From positions 1 to 50,703 of the forward strand of contig JAAZNV010000005.1 of NCBI GenBank assembly GCA_012798115.1: a DNA stretch of 50,703 nucleotides, given 5' to 3'. Below the pieces are notes generated by a model. That model ran no database searches. It saw only the letters and a list, made by a program, of their open reading frames with translations, and was not told the DNA's origin. The translations under genes were made by a program, and so were the position numbers. This document shows positions 47,952 to 50,703 of the stretch, one piece after another (within the stretch, counting starts at the first letter, position 1; each line of letters begins with the position of its first letter). The DNA is from a candidate division WWE3 bacterium. Its GTDB lineage: Bacteria; Patescibacteriota; WWE3; UBA101185; UBA10185.

Positions 47952-50474
47952 ATGGAACTAAATTTATTTAAAATTTTTAGCAAGAACAAAGAGAAAAAAG
48001 ACTCCTTACCTGCTGGTGAAAAAACTCCACCTCAAATACTAGCTGAAGGTATGTTGAACGTGAGAGATATTATTGCTCCTTCTGCAATTGAGGTTGATTT
48101 TAATAACTTAAAAGTTGGAAATATGTATTACAGAACGATATTCGTTTCTGGATACCCTAGGTTTGTTGGAGCAAATTGGCTTTCTCCAATAATTAACTTT
48201 GAACATACACTTTTATTATCTATGTTTTACTACCCCGTCAAATCTAAAGTTATTCTTGATGATTTGAGAAGAAAAATCACTGAACTTGAAGCAACTACAA
48301 TGACTAATCAAGAAAAAGGTAAGATTGTTGATCCTGTTGTTCAAGCAGCTCTTGAAGATGCTAATGCTTTACAAGAACAGTTAGTAAAAGGTGTAGAAAA
48401 GTATTTTCAATTTTCTTTTTATATAACTATTCCTGCGTATTCTCTTGAAGAACTTGATAATATTTCTTCAAAACTTGAATCAACTCTTGCTTCTTTGCTT
48501 TTAATATCAAAAACAGCTTCTCTTCAAATGGAAGATGCTTTTAGATCATCAATACCAGATGGAATGGACAAGCTTCTTATTACGAGAAACATGGATACAA
48601 CAAGTTTGGCTACTACTTTTCCATTCACATCTTCTGATTTAACAATGGAAGAAGGAATAATGTATGGGATAAATAAACACAACGGATCTTTGGTTATATT
48701 TGATAGATTCTCGATGGAAAATGCTAACTCAGTAGTGTTTGCAAAATCTGGAGCTGGAAAATCATACTACGTTAAGCTTGAGGCCTTAAGGCTTCTTGTG
48801 TTTGGTGCTGAGGTTATGATTATTGATCCTGAAGAAGAATATAAAGAATTATGTGATGTGGTAGGTGGAAACTATATTAGTTTTTCTGCAAACTCTACCC
48901 ATAAAATCAATCCATTTGACTTGTCTAAAATTGCAGTGGAAGGTGAAAACGAATTAGGTCAAAAGTTAATATCTCTTATTACTCTTCTTAAACTTATGTT
49001 GGGGGGCTTAAACCCAACAGAAGAAGCTATTCTTGATAGAGCATTAATTGAAACGTATAGGATAAAAGGAATAACTACAGATCCTGAAACGCAAGCAACT
49101 AAGGAACCTCCTGTAATGGAAGATTTATATAAAGTCCTTTTAGGAGCTGAAGAGCCAGAGGCAAAAAATATGGCAGAAAGACTTGAAAGGTTTATTAAGG
49201 GCTCCATGGCAGGGATATTTGATTCTCAGTCAAATATCAACCTTAACAGTAAAATGACAGTATTTTCCACAAAGAATTTAGAAGAAGCTTTAAGACCAAT
49301 TGCTTTTTACATGATTCTTGACTTTGTATGGACAACTATTAGAAGGGAATTAAAGAAAAGAATTTTAATTGTTGAGGAAGCTTGGTATTTAATGCAAAAT
49401 CCAGATAGTGCTAGGTTTATATATGGAATTGCAAAAAGAGCTAGAAAGTATTATTTAGGGTTAACTACCATTTCTCAAGATGTAGATGACTTTTTAACAT
49501 CTGAATATGGAAAAGCAGTTGTTACAAACTCTTCTATTCAAATGCTTCTTAAACAACATCCTGCTGCAATAGATAAAGTTGCAGATACATTTTATCTTTC
49601 AGAAGGGGAAAAGAGATTTCTTCTTTCAGCAGGAATTGGAGAAGGTTTGTTTTTTGCAGGAGCAAACCATGTTGCTATTAAAGTTATGGCCTCTGAAGCT
49701 GAACATAAGTTAATAACTACAAACCCAGAAGAATTATTGAAGTTAAGGAAGGAAAAGGAAGATCAAGAATCAAAACTTCAACCCCAACCAGTTGTTAGAC
49801 CTGTTTATAGACCTTATAAGCCGGAAAGCTTGGATGAGTATTCTACTTTTGACTCTAGTGGCAGGGTAAAGCCAGAATTTACCCCCCAAAAGGCAGAGAA
49901 GGTTGCTTCTGGTTTAGCTTCCTCGCCTAAACCTTCAGTAGGCCAATCTCCTTTGGAAGTCAAAAAGTTTGGACCAGAAGGGGAAGTTAAGATTGATGAT
50001 ATTAAACATGAAGAAAGTCATAAAGATCATTCTCAAATGCCTTATGAATTGAGAACCAATATTGAAGAAGATAAGTCAAAACAAAAACTTACTCAACAGA
50101 TCCAATCATATCAAGTGAATAAACCAATTAGTGTTAGTCAACCTAAACCTTTTCCTCAGAATAAAACAATAAATCTTAGAAGGCAGGTGGAAGAGGAAGA
50201 TGATTTCATAAATAGAACACCATCTGCTGAAGATATATTAGACTCTGTTGAAGAGATGAGGAAGCAAAAGCCATTTGTTAAATCGTATCCTCCTCAGAAA
50301 CCTAGCCAAAACTACCAGCATAAGCCTAATCAAGGATCTCAGAAAAATGCTTTCCAAAAACCTAATCCTTCAAATAGTTCAAACAATGGTTATATAAAAA
50401 CAGAAAGTAGTTATGATAATAAGCCATTAAAACCTACTGAAAATAAAGATAAAGGGTCGTTGGATCTAAAATAA
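47952..50474 (+). CDS. VirB4-like type IV secretion ATPase with low-complexity C-terminal tail
   Basis: Walker A AKSGAGKS, IIDPE, INPFD, Walker B IVEEAW, RARKY, ISQ. Confidence 0.9.
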   Translation: MELNLFKIFSKNKEKKDSLPAGEKTPPQILAEGMLNVRDIIAPSAIEVDFNNLKVGNMYYRTIFVSGYPRFVGANWLSPIINFEHTLLLSMFYYPVKSKVILDDLRRKITELEATTMTNQEKGKIVDPVVQAALEDANALQEQLVKGVEKYFQFSFYITIPAYSLEELDNISSKLESTLASLLLISKTASLQMEDAFRSSIPDGMDKLLITRNMDTTSLATTFPFTSSDLTMEEGIMYGINKHNGSLVIFDRFSMENANSVVFAKSGAGKSYYVKLEALRLLVFGAEVMIIDPEEEYKELCDVVGGNYISFSANSTHKINPFDLSKIAVEGENELGQKLISLITLLKLMLGGLNPTEEAILDRALIETYRIKGITTDPETQATKEPPVMEDLYKVLLGAEEPEAKNMAERLERFIKGSMAGIFDSQSNINLNSKMTVFSTKNLEEALRPIAFYMILDFVWTTIRRELKKRILIVEEAWYLMQNPDSARFIYGIAKRARKYYLGLTTISQDVDDFLTSEYGKAVVTNSSIQMLLKQHPAAIDKVADTFYLSEGEKRFLLSAGIGEGLFFAGANHVAIKVMASEAEHKLITTNPEELLKLRKEKEDQESKLQPQPVVRPVYRPYKPESLDEYSTFDSSGRVKPEFTPQKAEKVASGLASSPKPSVGQSPLEVKKFGPEGEVKIDDIKHEESHKDHSQMPYELRTNIEEDKSKQKLTQQIQSYQVNKPISVSQPKPFPQNKTINLRRQVEEEDDFINRTPSAEDILDSVEEMRKQKPFVKSYPPQKPSQNYQHKPNQGSQKNAFQKPNPSNSSNNGYIKTESSYDNKPLKPTENKDKGSLDLK

Positions 50475-50481
50475 CAAAAAA

Positions 50482-50515
50482 CAACGTCTTGTTTAGGTCT
50501 TGTTTAGGTACGTTG
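50482..50515. terminator. hairpin between convergent genes with an 11-bp tandem repeat
   Basis: CAACGT...ACGTTG; GTCTTGTTTAG x2 at 50486-50507. Confidence 0.4.
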
Positions 50516-50579
50516 CTTTAGTTTTCTAGTTCAAGGGTCCAAGCATAAGGTCAAGAATATAAAACAAACCAGCTTGAGT

Positions 50580-50702
50580 TTAGATTTGCATCGGCATGAC
50601 AATATGAATGAAGTCTTTTTGATCTTCTGTAGTGAAGACACATGGAGATACATTTCCATTTGATGCAAAGTTAATTTTTTCTGATTTAATATTGTTTAAG
50701 AA
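50580..50702 (-). CDS. dnaN: DNA polymerase III beta clamp, C-terminal 40 aa (partial, runs off the window)
   Basis: FLNNIKSEKINFASNGNVSPCVFTTEDQKDFIHIVMPMQI* matches the DnaN C-terminus. Confidence 0.8.
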   Translation of the reverse strand, partial: FLNNIKSEKINFASNGNVSPCVFTTEDQKDFIHIVMPMQI

Positions 50703-50703
50703 A

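Noticed and set aside
50475-50703. Replication origin inferred from dnaN
   Set aside because: Only the dnaN 3' end is present; no dnaA or DnaA-box cluster is visible in the window.

Overview
AT-rich bacterial chromosome segment whose gene content points to a Patescibacteria/CPR genome (Microgenomates/WWE3-like; this is an inference). Core genes include dnaG-rpoD-mpg, hpf, a Xer-like recombinase, an ftsB-like gene, ftsH, tatD, a surface-glycosylation cluster, alaS, groES/groEL with a CIRCE-like operator, RNase HI, an epimerase-DUF4012 fusion, a PrgI/VirB4 locus and the 3' end of dnaN. There are seven tRNA genes, including a rare tRNA-Ile(UAU). The most striking region is ~9.4-19.5 kb, ending at the 3' end of tRNA-Asn. 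It is an array of unrelated single genes, most with their own sigma70 promoter, strong SD and terminator. The genes are separated by two recurring degenerate motifs: ACTACARG(G), abutting the -35 box, and GAACTTYATRYGAAG, whose right half resembles XerC/loxP arms. The first motif also marks lone accessory genes at 2.8, 25.5 and 40.3 kb. This is a candidate non-integron, site-specific gene-cassette system. All calls are by eye from the sequence and ORF track; no database search was run.
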